This document shows positions 38,670 through 51,176 of a DNA stretch of 64,000 nucleotides, piece after piece. The stretch's first letter is position 1. Each line of letters starts with the position of its first letter. The notes under the pieces were generated by a model. It had not been told where the DNA came from, did not search any database, and saw nothing but the letters and a program-made list of their open reading frames with translations. This stretch comes from Podarcis liolepis (Eukaryota): assembly GCA_965112155.1 (NCBI GenBank), contig OZ218105.1. One strand, 5' to 3'. A program made the translations under genes and the position numbers.

Positions 38670-41096
38670 CTGAGGGATTGCTGCCTCCTCCGTACCCGTG
38701 TTAGAATCACCTATGAGTAACACAGGGCCTGGCTTATCAGGAGCCTGTTGTGGTGTCAGAGTATTGGTACAGCTTCCGATTGGAAAAAGAATCTGACTTT
38801 TCCGAGAGCCTGAAGTCAGTGAAACCTCATGGCAATAAGACTGGAGAAATGCCCGGACTCCGTCAATCCCCACAAACTGTGAAACTGGTGCACCACTGAA
38901 ATTCAAACTTGCATTATCACACAGCTGAGAATTTTTCCACCTGCGAAGTTTGAGTGCCAATAACACAAGGAGGAAGGCGAGGAACAAGCAGGAGACAAAA
39001 GCCACTGCAGTCACCAAGTAGAAGGTGAGATCTGACTGTGGGTCTTCAGATACTGGGACGCTGCTCAGATCAGTCAGCATGTCAGGGATGCTGTCAGCCA
39101 AGACCACAGTGACAGTGACTGACGCCGACATTGGAGGCTGCCCATTGTCCTTGACTAAAACCACCAGGCTTTGCTTGAGGGCATCTTTCTCCAGAAAGAA
39201 GCGGGCCGTCCTGATCTCTCCCGTGTGGAGCCCCAGAGTGAAGAGCCCTGGCTCGGTGGCCTTGATCAGCTGGTAGGAGAGCCAGGCATTCTGGCCAGAG
39301 TCTGCATCCACGGCCACCACCTTAGTGACCAGGTAGCCTGGCTCAGAGGAGCGTGGGGCCAACTCTATCCCTGTGGAACCGTCGGTGGGAGGGGAAGGGT
39401 ATAGGATTTGGGGAGCATTGTCATTCTGGTCCAGGATGAAGAGAGTCACTGAGACGTTGGAGCTGAGTGGTGGAGAACCTCCGTCTTGAGCCTTAACCAG
39501 GAACTTAATCTCCCTGATCTCTTCATAGTCAAAAGAACACAGAGCATAGATGACCCCTGTCTCTGAGTTAATGGAGAGGTATGAGGAGAGAGGGGAGCCA
39601 GTCACTTGACTTTCTATGATGGAATAAGTTATTCTGGAGTTCTCTTCCCAGTCTGGATCATTTGCATTTAGAGAAAAGATGGATGCTCCTCTCTGATTAT
39701 TTTCCATGAAAAATGACTTGTAATCTGCTCTTGCAAAGTGAGGTGGGTTATCATTTGTGTCTAAAATGTGCAGAGCTATGATGGTGGCTGTAGAAAGAGA
39801 AGGCATTCCATGATCAGTTACTGTGATGGTGATGTTGTAGTTTGCCACTTGTTCTCTGTCAAGGGGGCCATCTGTCACCAAACTATAAAAGTTGTCTATG
39901 GATTGTTTTAGCTGAAACGGGAGGTTTCTGGGAATTGTGCATGTGACCTCACTATTTATTCCAGAATCGTGATCTTCTACATTTATAATAGCAATAACTG
40001 TTCCGGTTGATGAGTTCTCCTGAATGGAGTTGGTCAGAAAGGTCACAGTTAATTCTGGCGCATTGTCATTCAGATCTGTGACCATGATCACAACCTTTGA
40101 CCTGTCACTTAGACCACCCCCATCCATGGCTTGCACCTCAAATTCATAGAAGGATGATGTCTCAAAGTCCAAGTTCCCCATGAGGGTTATTATGCCAGTT
40201 GTTGAATTTAAAAGAAACATTTGTGAATCCTTTTTTGTGGTTTTTTTGAAGGAATATTTCACCTCTCCGTTGATTCCTTCATCCAGATCAGTGGCCTTGA
40301 CTGCACAGATTATGGACCCTTTGGGAATGTTCTCCTCAATGCTGATTTCATAGACTGGTTGGCTAAAAATTGGTGCGTTGTCATTTGCATCTAAAACAAT
40401 GACTTGAATTTGGGCAGTGCCAGTCCTGACAGGATCACCCCCATCCATAGCCATAAGAATTAGATCATAAACTGGCTGTTCCTCTCTGTCCAAAGATTTT
40501 TCCAGCACCAGCTCAGCATGTTTGGGGCCATTTTCTCCTGTTTGAACATCCAGAGAAAAATGCACGCTGCCTGTGAGTTGGTAATTCTGAACAGAATTTA
40601 TCCCCAGATCTGGATCAGTAGCCTCAGGCAGAGGAAACCGAGACCCTTTTATAGATATTTCATTAATTTTCACCTCCAGTTGTCCTGGAGGAAAGTGGGG
40701 AGCATTATCGTTTATATCAGTAACTTCCACTTCAACTCCATAAAGTTTTCTTTTACTCTCAACAATAACCTGAAAATTTAATTTGCACTTCTCTGCCCAT
40801 GCACAAATTTCTTCTCTGTCAATTCTCTCAGTGGTTTGTAAATGACCACTGTTGTAGTTCAAAGTAAAATACTGAATCATACCTGTTCTGGTAAGAATCC
40901 GGAGCTCGCGGTTTGAAAGATTATTTCCATCCATTCCTAGATCCTTTGCAATATTTCCCACAAAAGAGCCTTTCTGCATCTCCTCTGGAATGGAATAATG
41001 AAGTTGTGCAGAAACTGTCTTCAAAATGAACATCAATATGAGGCATTGCAACAAGATTGTCTCTTTACAGCTCCATTGCTTCTGATTTTCTCCCAT
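38670..41096 (-). CDS. PCDHGA: Protocadherin gamma-A-like variable exon (gene 8; 809 codons from MGENQKQW; in-frame upstream ATG at 41189)
   Basis: Six EC repeats, TM, gamma-A cytoplasmic motif; donor CAG|GTGAGC at 38664-38669. Confidence 0.92.
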
Positions 41097-41293
41097 TTTC
41101 TTGCAACAGGATAAATGCCACTTATTCTGGCTCAGACGTTTTTGAGTATGAAATAAATGCTGTTGTTTTTTATTTAAAGTTGCTCCCATTACACTCCCTG
41201 CAATGTGTGTGCAAGTATGGTCATGCAGATATGTTCTGTTTATACAGTAGAGAATTTATGGAACTCCCAGTGTGTTCTGTAGCCAAATTGGTG

Positions 41294-41326
41294 AACAGCG
41301 ACACCCAGAGGCTCAACTGAAAACTA
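41294..41326 (-). promoter_or_regulatory. CSE / CTCF site of gene 8 (CGCT core), with adjacent CCAAT
   Basis: + strand AACAGCGACACCCAGAGGCTCAACTGAAAACTA. Confidence 0.85.
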
Positions 41327-42269
41327 TAGATCGTTTAAACATAATCTTACTTTCATATTAGACAATCTGAGTCAGGGATGTGATGGACTGAAAGTTCCAC
41401 ATCCTGTTTAATAGACCCAAGTGATATGGCGAGGCAATCTCATTATCTTCATCTGGAGTACTTTAAAAAGTTGATGCTTTTTTCTTGTGCTTGTAATGTG
41501 CATTAATATATGGGGTGTTAATTGCATTAGGAGGATTGCATTCATTATCTATTAATATAGTCATGTAAGTAGGGTTTATTGCATGTTTTATAAAGCACCC
41601 CAGGCGTATCTGCAGTTAGGGTAGCAAGGTGCTCATTCAGAGAGGCTGCTTTAAATGTTTCAACAGTGCATGTGCTTATTCATAAGATAACTGCACTGTG
41701 TAGAGGGCCGTGGCCTCAGGCAACCAGCAGCCCCGTTCTATGCTCTGGTGAGTGAATTTTAAGGTGGAAAGGATGGCGGGTGAGACGATTGGGGCTGGGG
41801 TGTTGCCTTTTTGGGGTGATGAGGGCTTGCTGCTGCTGTTGCTGTTGGTTTTTTGTATCTTTATTTTAGATCTTGTGATTTATGTAGAAACTGTTCAGTT
41901 TGGTTGTGTTTCATGTTTTATTATCAGTTCCATGTTTTATTTATTGTTCATGACTACTTTTGTTATGTTGTAGTTATGTATTTTTTATATCGTAAGCTAC
42001 CTTGAGCATGGTCTGAACTGTGGAAAGGAGGCATACAAATAAAATAACGTATGTGTGTGTTGGTAGAGGAAGACAACAGAAGGCACAGCGTTTTCAGTCT
42101 CCCTCAGTATCTCAAGAGCATTTCAGAGGTTTGAGCACTTCATGGTAAATTATTTAAATATATTGGATACAAAGTCCTGAACAACTCAGGACCTTGTTTT
42201 CTGAAAGAACTCCTGTCCCTATATACACCTGGTGGATCACAGAGATCTATTCAAAAAAGAATAAGCAAA

Positions 42270-42800
42270 ATTATCAAGGAGTACAAGCAACCCCTTCTAT
42301 GAAGAAAACTTGCAGCTCTTGGGGATTTGTAGTTTAAAGAATAGGTGGTTAAGAGGGGACATGACAGAAGTTTATATAATTATGCAAAACACTAGAATGC
42401 AGGGACATTCAGTGAAGCTGAACATTGGGAGATTCAGAACAGATAAAAGGAACTACCAGTAAGTCTTCAAGCAGCGCATAGTTAAATGAAGGAACACAAG
42501 CCCACAGGAAGCAGTGATGACAAATCGGATGGCTTTAAAAGAGGATTAGACAAATTCATGGAGGAAAGGGCTATTGAAGGCTATTGCCCATAATGGTTAT
42601 GCTCTGCCTCCACAGCTAGAGGCAGTAATGCTTTTGAATACCAGTTGCTGGAATCCACGGGATGCGAGGGTGCTTTTGAGCTCAGGTCCTATTTGTAGGT
42701 TTCCCACAGGTATCTGGTTGACCACTCAGCCAGGATGCTGAACTGCATGGGCTATTGGCTTCATCCAGCAGGTTCTTCTTATGTAATCATATTATGTTCT
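42270..42800 (+). mobile_element. Degenerate CR1 LINE 3' fragment (different subfamily)
   Basis: ttaagaggggacatgacagaagtttata...gaggattagacaaattcatggagg, with a TTCTTATG-like tail. Confidence 0.7.
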
Positions 42801-44639
42801 TATAAAGTAACAATGTTTTGCTGCTGATTCAGGGCTTGGAAAGGATGTCATGGACCACAATGGAACATAGACTGAGTCAAGAGTCTATGTGTTGGTTATC
42901 TTTTCACTTAACAATTCCTAGATTACTTACCTAGTCTTTTCTTGTTTTCTAACCATAGGATCTGGAAAGAATGGTTCTCAAAATTTGCCCCTCTGATATC
43001 ACTTATGATGCTTTTAATCTACCATCCATTATTTTTTTTAATGAAGATAGAATAACAATATATGGACAGTGGGAACAGGTGTGGCTTTTTTGGCTCAAAG
43101 ATTTTTATACAGGTCAGCAACCCCTTACACAACACCTGAGTGTCAACAGAAAACTGACACTAAAATGATCCAAATACATGCGTCACATACTTTGACTCCC
43201 ACACTATGTCCACTGAAATCAGGAAATCAGATGATACGTTATGGGAAAAAGTGATGAGCAACTATCAGCTCTTCAAGGCAGGAGGAGGAAGCAAACACTG
43301 AACTCAGTCTTGACACTCATTCCTACCTGAATGGCACATTCCAATACTTGAGATTTGCTTGAAATTGAGAATGGCAATTTCTAAAAGGAGAGATTGTCAT
43401 TCTACACCCACTTTCACCTTTTCTCGGGTGGCCGTCCTTGGCTTGGAGCCACATAGCAATTCATGTCTTTCTGCTCACGTCACTTCACAGCACCCACCCA
43501 CTCAATGGTGTTCTGAGGAAGGGCTGGTTGTGCTGTCACATCCTGCAAGTGCAGCACCACATGGTGCAATTAAGTAGGTGGAGAGATAACTTTTAATCTT
43601 GTTGGGAATCATCACCATCAGGAGCAGAAGCAGAAGTAGCTCATTGTGTATATGGGCTTTAATAAAGGGAAGATTAGTGTTTGTTATTTTTTTTTATTCC
43701 TACCATTTGTTCATTCAAAAATCTCCAAGCTGATTTTCTTCCCCTATCTCTCCATGAATGAGAATACAACCAGGGAGGCTTGTTTTCAGCAAACAGCAGG
43801 AAGAGAAAGAGGCAGCAGTCCTTTGCACTTCCAGTTACAACCTCCGAGTCTGCTTTTTGAGTTAAGAGAAAAAGCTCACCTGAAGATTGTTGTTGTGTAT
43901 TATCTCCTGTACAATAACTAGGCTGACTCTTACTGAAGTCTTGTTTCCCCAAAATACTATAGTGTTTTATCTAATATGATATTTTACAGCCAAGATTATG
44001 GTGTCCTTTGGTATTAGTTGATATTACATATTTTCTAGTATTTTGGGGGGGTTTCTCTGTACCAATATTCATAGAATCATAGAGCTGGAAGGGACCATGG
44101 CCCTGAGATTAAGAGTCTCAAGCTCTTCTAAGATATGTTGACAATCATTGTCACTGAAAATGTTATGTTTTACAGCATTTCCCCATGTTTAGCCAATTAG
44201 CCAAAGCTAGAAGTTGTGATGCATGCTATCTATAATATTTTAGTATTCTTGATACTGCTTGCCCACCTTTGGCCTGAATCTGTTTCATTGTATTACTTTT
44301 AATTCCTGCTTCTCCTCCCCACCCCAAAATTAATTAAATTTGTATATTATTTAAGTATTGAATTAGAACTGTTAGGGGAGAAGGGAAAGAGAATGCTGGT
44401 TACACATTCCTTTAATAATGCAACTTTACCAAATCAACATGGAGTTAATTAGGACCAGGTTTCTGAATTCTTATTTTGTGTTATTAATTTTGTGTGTATG
44501 TAAGGGTTGGTAACTGAAATTAGAAGAACTATTTTAAAATATATATAATTAATTCTCCTTTGTTTCCAGGGGGTAGGATTTAGTTATCATTTCATTTTCT
44601 TTACTAGATGTGTAGTCTGACCCATAATTTTGGAACTTC

Positions 44640-44950
44640 GTCTCCACCCCCATCGTTCAGCCCAAACACTGAGGTCGCGCGCCAAGGGCCTTCTGGTGGT
44701 TCCCTCATTGCGAGAAGTGAGGTTACAGGGAACCAGGCAGAGGGTCTTCTTGGTAGAGGCACGCTCCCAGCAGATGTCAAGGCAATGATCTTACTTTAAA
44801 AAGACATCTGAAGGCAGCCCTGTTTAGGGAAGTTTTTAATGTTGTATTGTGTTTTTAATATTCAGTTGGGAGCTACCCAGAGTGGCTGGGGAAACCCAGC
44901 CAGATGGGCAGGGTATAAATAAATTAATAATAATAATAATAATAATAATT
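44640..44950 (+). mobile_element. L2 LINE 3' end with (AAT)n tail
   Basis: aggcagagggtcttct...aagacatctgaaggcagccctgtttagggaag...cccagagtggctggggaaacccagccagatggg; same family as 50881-51174. Confidence 0.75.
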
Positions 44951-45655
44951 TCTAGATTTGTTTCACTATACCTTTATTTGCCTGAAGGATAGTATTAGTT
45001 TAGACAATGAGATAACAATGCCATTAGTCTATAATAGTATTTATGCTCCATATTCCCAAATCTAGTACCAAATGTCCCAAGATTTAGCCTTAGTGTTAGA
45101 CACAGAATATGGATAGGATTAAAGATAAATGTGCCCCCGCCTCCCTTGCTCTCTTAGATACAGGCGGATGGCTAGGGCAGCTCAGAAGGGCCCTTGCACA
45201 AATGCACACTCATGCAATTGTAGAAGGCTGGCGGGACAGCTTAAAGCCCACTGCTGCTACACAGCAGACGGATTGAAGACAAGGAAGTACGAATTAGTCC
45301 TGTATTCAAGTCCTAACCTTGACCAATCATGGCTAAGAGCGGCTAGGAGCTGGGTGGAGTCACAGATCTTAAAAAAGTGTAGACTCGCACACACTGGGCA
45401 GCTTCCATTTTGACTTGAAATGTTAGTTTGGGGCTTCTCAGAAATATGTAAAGGCATGAAGTGGGGCGCCCACCTGAGAGGTGCCAGAACTGCACTCCAG
45501 CGCACTCCAGCTGAAAAAAAGCACTGGATATCATTAACAATTAATGAAAGTAAAAACTACACATTTTATGTTCCCTGTTACAACAATTTTTGGATATAGA
45601 ACTATTGCTGATTTGTTTTACTAATGTTATTTCATATATGTGTGTGTTCTTTCTC

Positions 45656-45948
45656 NNNNNNNNNNNNNNNNNNNNNNNNNNNNNNNNNNNNNNNNNNNNN
45701 NNNNNNNNNNNNNNNNNNNNNNNNNNNNNNNNNNNNNNNNNNNNNNNNNNNNNNNNNNNNNNNNNNNNNNNNNNNNNNNNNNNNNNNNNNNNNNNNNNNN
45801 NNNNNNNNNNNNNNNNNNNNNNNNNNNNNNNNNNNNNNNNNNNNNNNNNNNNNNNNNNNNNNNNNNNNNNNNNNNNNNNNNNNNNNNNNNNNNNNNNNNN
45901 NNNNNNNNNNNNNNNNNNNNNNNNNNNNNNNNNNNNNNNNNNNNNNNN
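45656..45948. other. Assembly gap (293 N)
   Basis: Run of n. Confidence 0.99.
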
Positions 45949-46401
45949 TTCAAATAAAAAACAAAAACAAGATAAATATAGCATTTACGTTGACCAGCAC
46001 CATGTTGCCAAAGAACTGAAGCCTGAATGTAGCTCCTGTATTTGATGAAAAGGGGAGCATCAATTTATAATCCCACATAAAATTGTTGAGAAAAAGGGAG
46101 CGTTGCATCTACAGGCATTCAGAAGGTCAAAAACGGAACGTTTTCAAAAGGCAAAGTTCATTGTGCACATGGTAGAAACGCACTACAGAATATGCAAGAT
46201 GACTTCACCTGCCATCAGCACTACAAGACATACCACCAAGACATACAGTAAGAAAGACAACCTATCTGTTCTAGAGATCGTTATACATTGTTAAACAATG
46301 GCAGTAGCAGCATTCAGAAAATCTTTATACTCAGGAAAGTTTCCTATGCATTTTAGAATACTGGGAGATCAAATAGGAAGTACTGAAACTTATGTGCTCA
46401 C

Positions 46402-48825
46402 CTGATGGATTGCTGCCTCCTCCGTACCTGTGTTAGAATCACCTATGAGTAACACAGGGCCTGGCTTATCAGGAGCCTGTTGTGGTGTCAGAGTATTGGT
46501 ACAGCTTCCAATTGGAAAAAGAATCTGACTTTTCCGAGAGCCTGAAGTTAGTGACACCTCATGGCAATAAGACTGAAGAAATGCCCGAACTCCGTCAATC
46601 CCCACAAACTGTGAAACTGGTGCACCACTGAAATTCAAACTTGCATTATCACACAGCTGAGAATTTTTCCACCTGCGAAGTTTGAGTGCCAGTAACACAA
46701 GGAGGAAGGCGAGAAACAAGCAGGAGACAAAAGCCACTGCAGTCACCAAGTAGAAGGTGAGATCTGACTGTGGGTCTTCAGATACTGGGACGCTGCTCAG
46801 ATCAGTCAGCATGTCAGGGATGCTGTCTGCCAAGACCACAGTGACAGTGACTGACGCCGACATTGGAGGCTGCCCATTGTCCTTGACTAAAACCACCAGG
46901 CTTTGCTTGAGGGCATCTTTCTCCAGAAAGAAGCGGGCCGTCCTGATCTCTCCTGTGTGGAGCCCCAGAGTGAAGAGCCCTGGCTCGGTGGCCTTGATCA
47001 GCTGGTAGGAGAGCCAGGCATTCTGGCCAGAGTCCGCATCCACGGCCACCACCTTAGTGACCAGGTAGCCTGGCTCAGAGGAGCGAGGGGCCAGCTCTAT
47101 CCCCGTGGAGCCGTCAGTGGGAGGGGAGGGGTATAGGATTTGGGGAGCATTGTCATTCTGGTCCAGGATGAAGAGCGTCACTGAGACGTTGGAGCTGAGT
47201 GGTGGAGAACCTCCATCCTGAGCCTTGACCAGGAACTTCAGCTCCCTGATCTCTTCATAGTCAAAAGAACTCAGAGCATAGATGACCCCTGTCTCAGAGT
47301 TAATGGAGAGGTAGGAGGTAATAAGGAATTTGTCCATGTTCCCTTCAATTATGGAATAACTTATTCTGGCATTTTCCTCCCAGTCTGGATCGTTTGCTTT
47401 TAAGGAAAATACTTGAGCTCCTCTTGGATTGTTCTCTGTAAAATAAGCCAAGTAAGATGGTTCTGCAAAAACAGGAGGGTTGTCATTTGTGTCTTGGATT
47501 TGAAGTAGGATAAAAGTTGACACAGAAAGTGGTGGAATTCCATGGTCAGTAGCTGTGATAGTGATGTTGTAGTCTGCTTTGTTCTCTCTGTCAAGGTTGC
47601 TGTGTGTCACCAAACTATAAAAGTTATCAAAAGACTGTTTTAGTTGGAAAGGGAGCTTGCTGGGAATTGAACATGTGACCTCCCCATTGACCCCTGAATC
47701 TTCATCTTGTACATTTAGAAGGGCAATAACTGTTCCTGTTGGTGAATTCTCAGAAATGGTATTGATGAAAAAGGTTATTGATAGTTCAGGTGCATTGTCA
47801 TTAACATCCGTAACAATTATCACAACTTTTGACCAGTCACTCAGCCCTCCTCCATCCTCAGCCTTCACCTCAAAGTCATAGGAGGATGATTCCTCATAAT
47901 CAAGGTTTCCCATTAAGGTAATTGTACCAGTCGTTGAGTTTAAAATAAACATTTTGGAATCCTTCTTTGTGATTTTTTTGAATGAATATTTTATCTCTCC
48001 GTTTTGTCCTTCATCCAGATCAGTAGCACTAACTGTAGCAATGCTGGACCCGTTCAGAATGTTCTCCTTGATGCTCATTTCATAGATTGGTTTGCTGAAA
48101 ACAGGTGCATTGTCATTTGCATCTAAAACAATGACTTGGATGTTAGCAGTGCTGGACCTGACTGGATCGCCTCCATCAGTAGCTGTGAGGATCAGATTGA
48201 AAACAGATTGCTCTTCCCGGTCCAGATTTTCCCCCAACACCAGCACAGCAGATTTGGCACCATTTTCTTCAACTTGCACCTCCAGAGAAAAATGGCTGCT
48301 GCCTGTGAGTTGGTAGGTCTGTATAGAATTTATCCCTAGGTCTGGATCCTGAGCTTCAGGCAGAGGGAACCGGGATCCGACAGTAGATATCTCACTGATT
48401 TTCAGTTCCTGTTTCCCCGATGAGAACTGGGGAGCATTATCGTTTATATCAATAATTTCCACTTCAACCCCATAGATCTCTATTTTGCTCTCAACTATAA
48501 CATCAAAACTTAAAACACACCTTTCTGCCCTTCCACAGACTTCCTCTCTGTCTATTCTCTGAGAGGTTTGTAAATGGCCACTGTTGTAATTCAAAGCAAA
48601 ATACTGACTCGTACCTGACCTGGTAACAATCCGTAGTCCGTGGTCTGAAAGATGATTTCCATCCACTCCTAGATCCTTTGCAATATTCCCCACAAAAGAG
48701 CCTTTCTGCATCTCCTCAGGAATGGAATAATGAATCTTCCCAGAAACTATCTTCCAAGCAAGCACAATTATGAGGCATTGCAAGACCCTTTCTTTGCAGA
48801 TCCACAGCCTCTGATTTTCTTCCAT
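46402..48825 (-). CDS. PCDHGA: Protocadherin gamma-A-like variable exon (gene 9; 808 codons)
   Basis: Six EC repeats, TM; donor CAG|GTGAGC at 46396-46401. Confidence 0.93.
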
Positions 48826-49026
48826 TATCTTGCAACACTATCAATTCTAGGACTCAGGAGCTTCTGGGTTTTAAATTAGTGGTTTTTTAAAAATAAAAAA
48901 TAGAAGTCTCTGTTAACAGTGCCTACAATATCTGTGCAAGTTTGATGCATCAGATATTTTGTGCCTGTGTTTAAGAATACTGCGGCTGGGTTAGCTGAAT
49001 ATCTGTCTTCCTGTGCCAGATTAGTG

Positions 49027-49059
49027 AACAGCGACACTCAGAGGCTCAACTGAAAACTG
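49027..49059 (-). promoter_or_regulatory. CSE / CTCF site of gene 9 (CGCT core)
   Basis: + strand AACAGCGACACTCAGAGGCTCAACTGAAAACTG. Confidence 0.85.
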
Positions 49060-50261
49060 GAGATTATTTTCCCTACATTGGTAGTCCCGTATTTGCCATC
49101 ATAAAAGAAATATTTTGCTTTAAGAAGGGGCATAACACGAGTATAAATTTTTAAAAGTAAAAAATTGCCCTAAAGAAACAACATCAAACATTTAGACTTC
49201 AGATAAATTTGTACTGGTGGTTGTTGTTGGCTATTACAATTTTTTTAAAAAAATAGACTGGTGTTTTATGCATTTATTGACAACTCTGTATAAAATAGTG
49301 CGTATAAGAGATTATTCACTTATTTTAATAAAATAGGACTAAATTCCATGCATGAACACCAATGTTAATTCATTGGCTTCAATCTTCAAAAGTCAGGCAT
49401 CAGAGCCTTGAGAGCTATTTATTCTGATGCTCCACATTAGAATATCCTTCTATCATAGTTCACTAGATGGAATTACTATCTATTAAAGCATATAGAATTT
49501 TTGTCACTGATCTGATGTTTCCATCAGATTTGCCCAGTCTGTAGCCTAGCTACAAAGAAATAAAGGTTACTTTAAAATGTGTAGAATTAGATGTGGGTCT
49601 TTTCTTCCTTACCCTATGTAAATATAGTTAGTTATGCTTAAACCCTTTCAGTGTAGAAATAGTTATGTCCATGGTGGAAGGAAGAAGTTTGTGTTCCAAG
49701 CTATACAAATAAATCTATACTTATTTGTCTTGTGAATCGTCCTTTAAGACTTCTGGACGGAGGATATACACATGCCCTGTAAGAGAGCTGAAGCTAGGAG
49801 CAGCCGCCATCATGGGCAGTTATCCCTTTGTAAGAAAGGGAGATCACTTACCTCAGCCAGTGAGGATGAAGTTTGGCCATCTCTGTAAGGCCCTGAGCCC
49901 TTAACTGCAGGTCAGGACTGAGGTTTGATTTAAAAATTCAAAACAAACTACACAGTTCCCAAAGGTGTAATTCCCTGACTGCTTTGCTTCTTTTACTTTA
50001 TAAAGGACTTGTTCCTTTCATTTCCCTGAGTTGTTGGTGTTGACAGCCTTTTGGGAAGGCGGCTGTGGAGCTGAAGCCAGTGGACAGAGGCAGTCTTCCT
50101 CCCATTGTGGCCAGTAGCCAGGCCAAGGCTCTGATGGCAACCAAGGAAGGAGTGGCACTATTTTTTCATTTTGTGTCATTTATGTAAATTGTGCTGTTTA
50201 TGTAAAAACCTAGCACACGTCATTTTTATCATTTGATGTTTCTCTGTATTTGCTGTGATTG

Positions 50262-50630
50262 TGAGACCATACCCTCCAATATTTCTCTGATGAAAAAAGG
50301 GACGTCCAGCGTTATTTTCCTAGAAAAAGAGGTTCTGGAACTCACCATGAATGCCTCCCTTGTTCTCTTGCAATGGCAATGGTGCCCACCTGAGAGATGC
50401 TGGAACTGAGTTCTGGTGAGTTCTGGCTGAAAAAATGCCCCTTGGCCATCCCATTCCATGTCCCTCCAACATTTCTCCGATGAAAATATGGACATACCCA
50501 CCAACATTTCTTTGATGAAAATAGGAATATCCTAAGGAAAAGTGGGACATTGCAGGATCAAATCAGAAACCAGGATGGCTTCTGTAAATCTGGAGCTGTT
50601 CTTGGAAAATAGGGGTACTTGGAGGGTCTG
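50262..50630. mobile_element. Non-autonomous DNA-transposon-like element with internal subrepeats and a probable nested insert
   Basis: Repeated ccctccaacatttctccgatgaaaata units; terminal ttggagggtctg is the inverse of the start. Confidence 0.5.
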
Positions 50631-50880
50631 TGAGTCCTTCCAGAGACCCTGAATACCGGTAAATTTCTTTGGCACAGAAAAGCACAGTGGAATTTCATAA
50701 ATGAGTTGCATTTGCTTTCAATAATAATCTCTTAACATTTTGTTCTAAAATATTTATGGTAAATGTTCAGTTAAGACACATGTTTATTTTCCATTTTAAA
50801 GGAAACCTTTTCGAGAATATGACCATAGATAGTCTAAAGATTTAGAAGACTAAATGTGGTAGACAATACCACACTGAATG

Positions 50881-51120
50881 AAGGCAGAGGGCCTTCTCGG
50901 TAGTGGTGCCCACCCTGTGGAACGCCCTCCCACCAGATGTCAAAGAGAACAACAACTACCAGACTTTTAGAAGACATCTGAAGGCAGCCCTGTTTAGGGA
51001 AGCTTTTAATGTTTGATGCATTACAGCATTTTAATATTTTGTTGGAAGCAGCCCAGAGTGGCTGGGGAAGCCCAGCCAGATGGGTGGGGAAGCCCAGCCA
51101 GATGGGTGGGGTATAAATAA

Positions 51121-51174
<54 letters not shown>
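50881..51174 (+). mobile_element. L2 LINE 3' end with (ATT)n tail
   Basis: Homologous to 44640-44950; contains a 22-bp tandem duplication gggaagcccagccagatgggtg. Confidence 0.78.

Positions 51175-51176
<2 letters not shown>

Larger units (their letters stand above)
28829..39491. repeat. Tandem segmental duplication, unit B (about 10.7 kb)
   Basis: Copy of unit A lacking the equivalents of 19564-19840 and 24375-26214. Confidence 0.9.

Noticed and set aside
45541-46045. ORFs made mostly of X residues
   Set aside because: Artefacts of the N gap.
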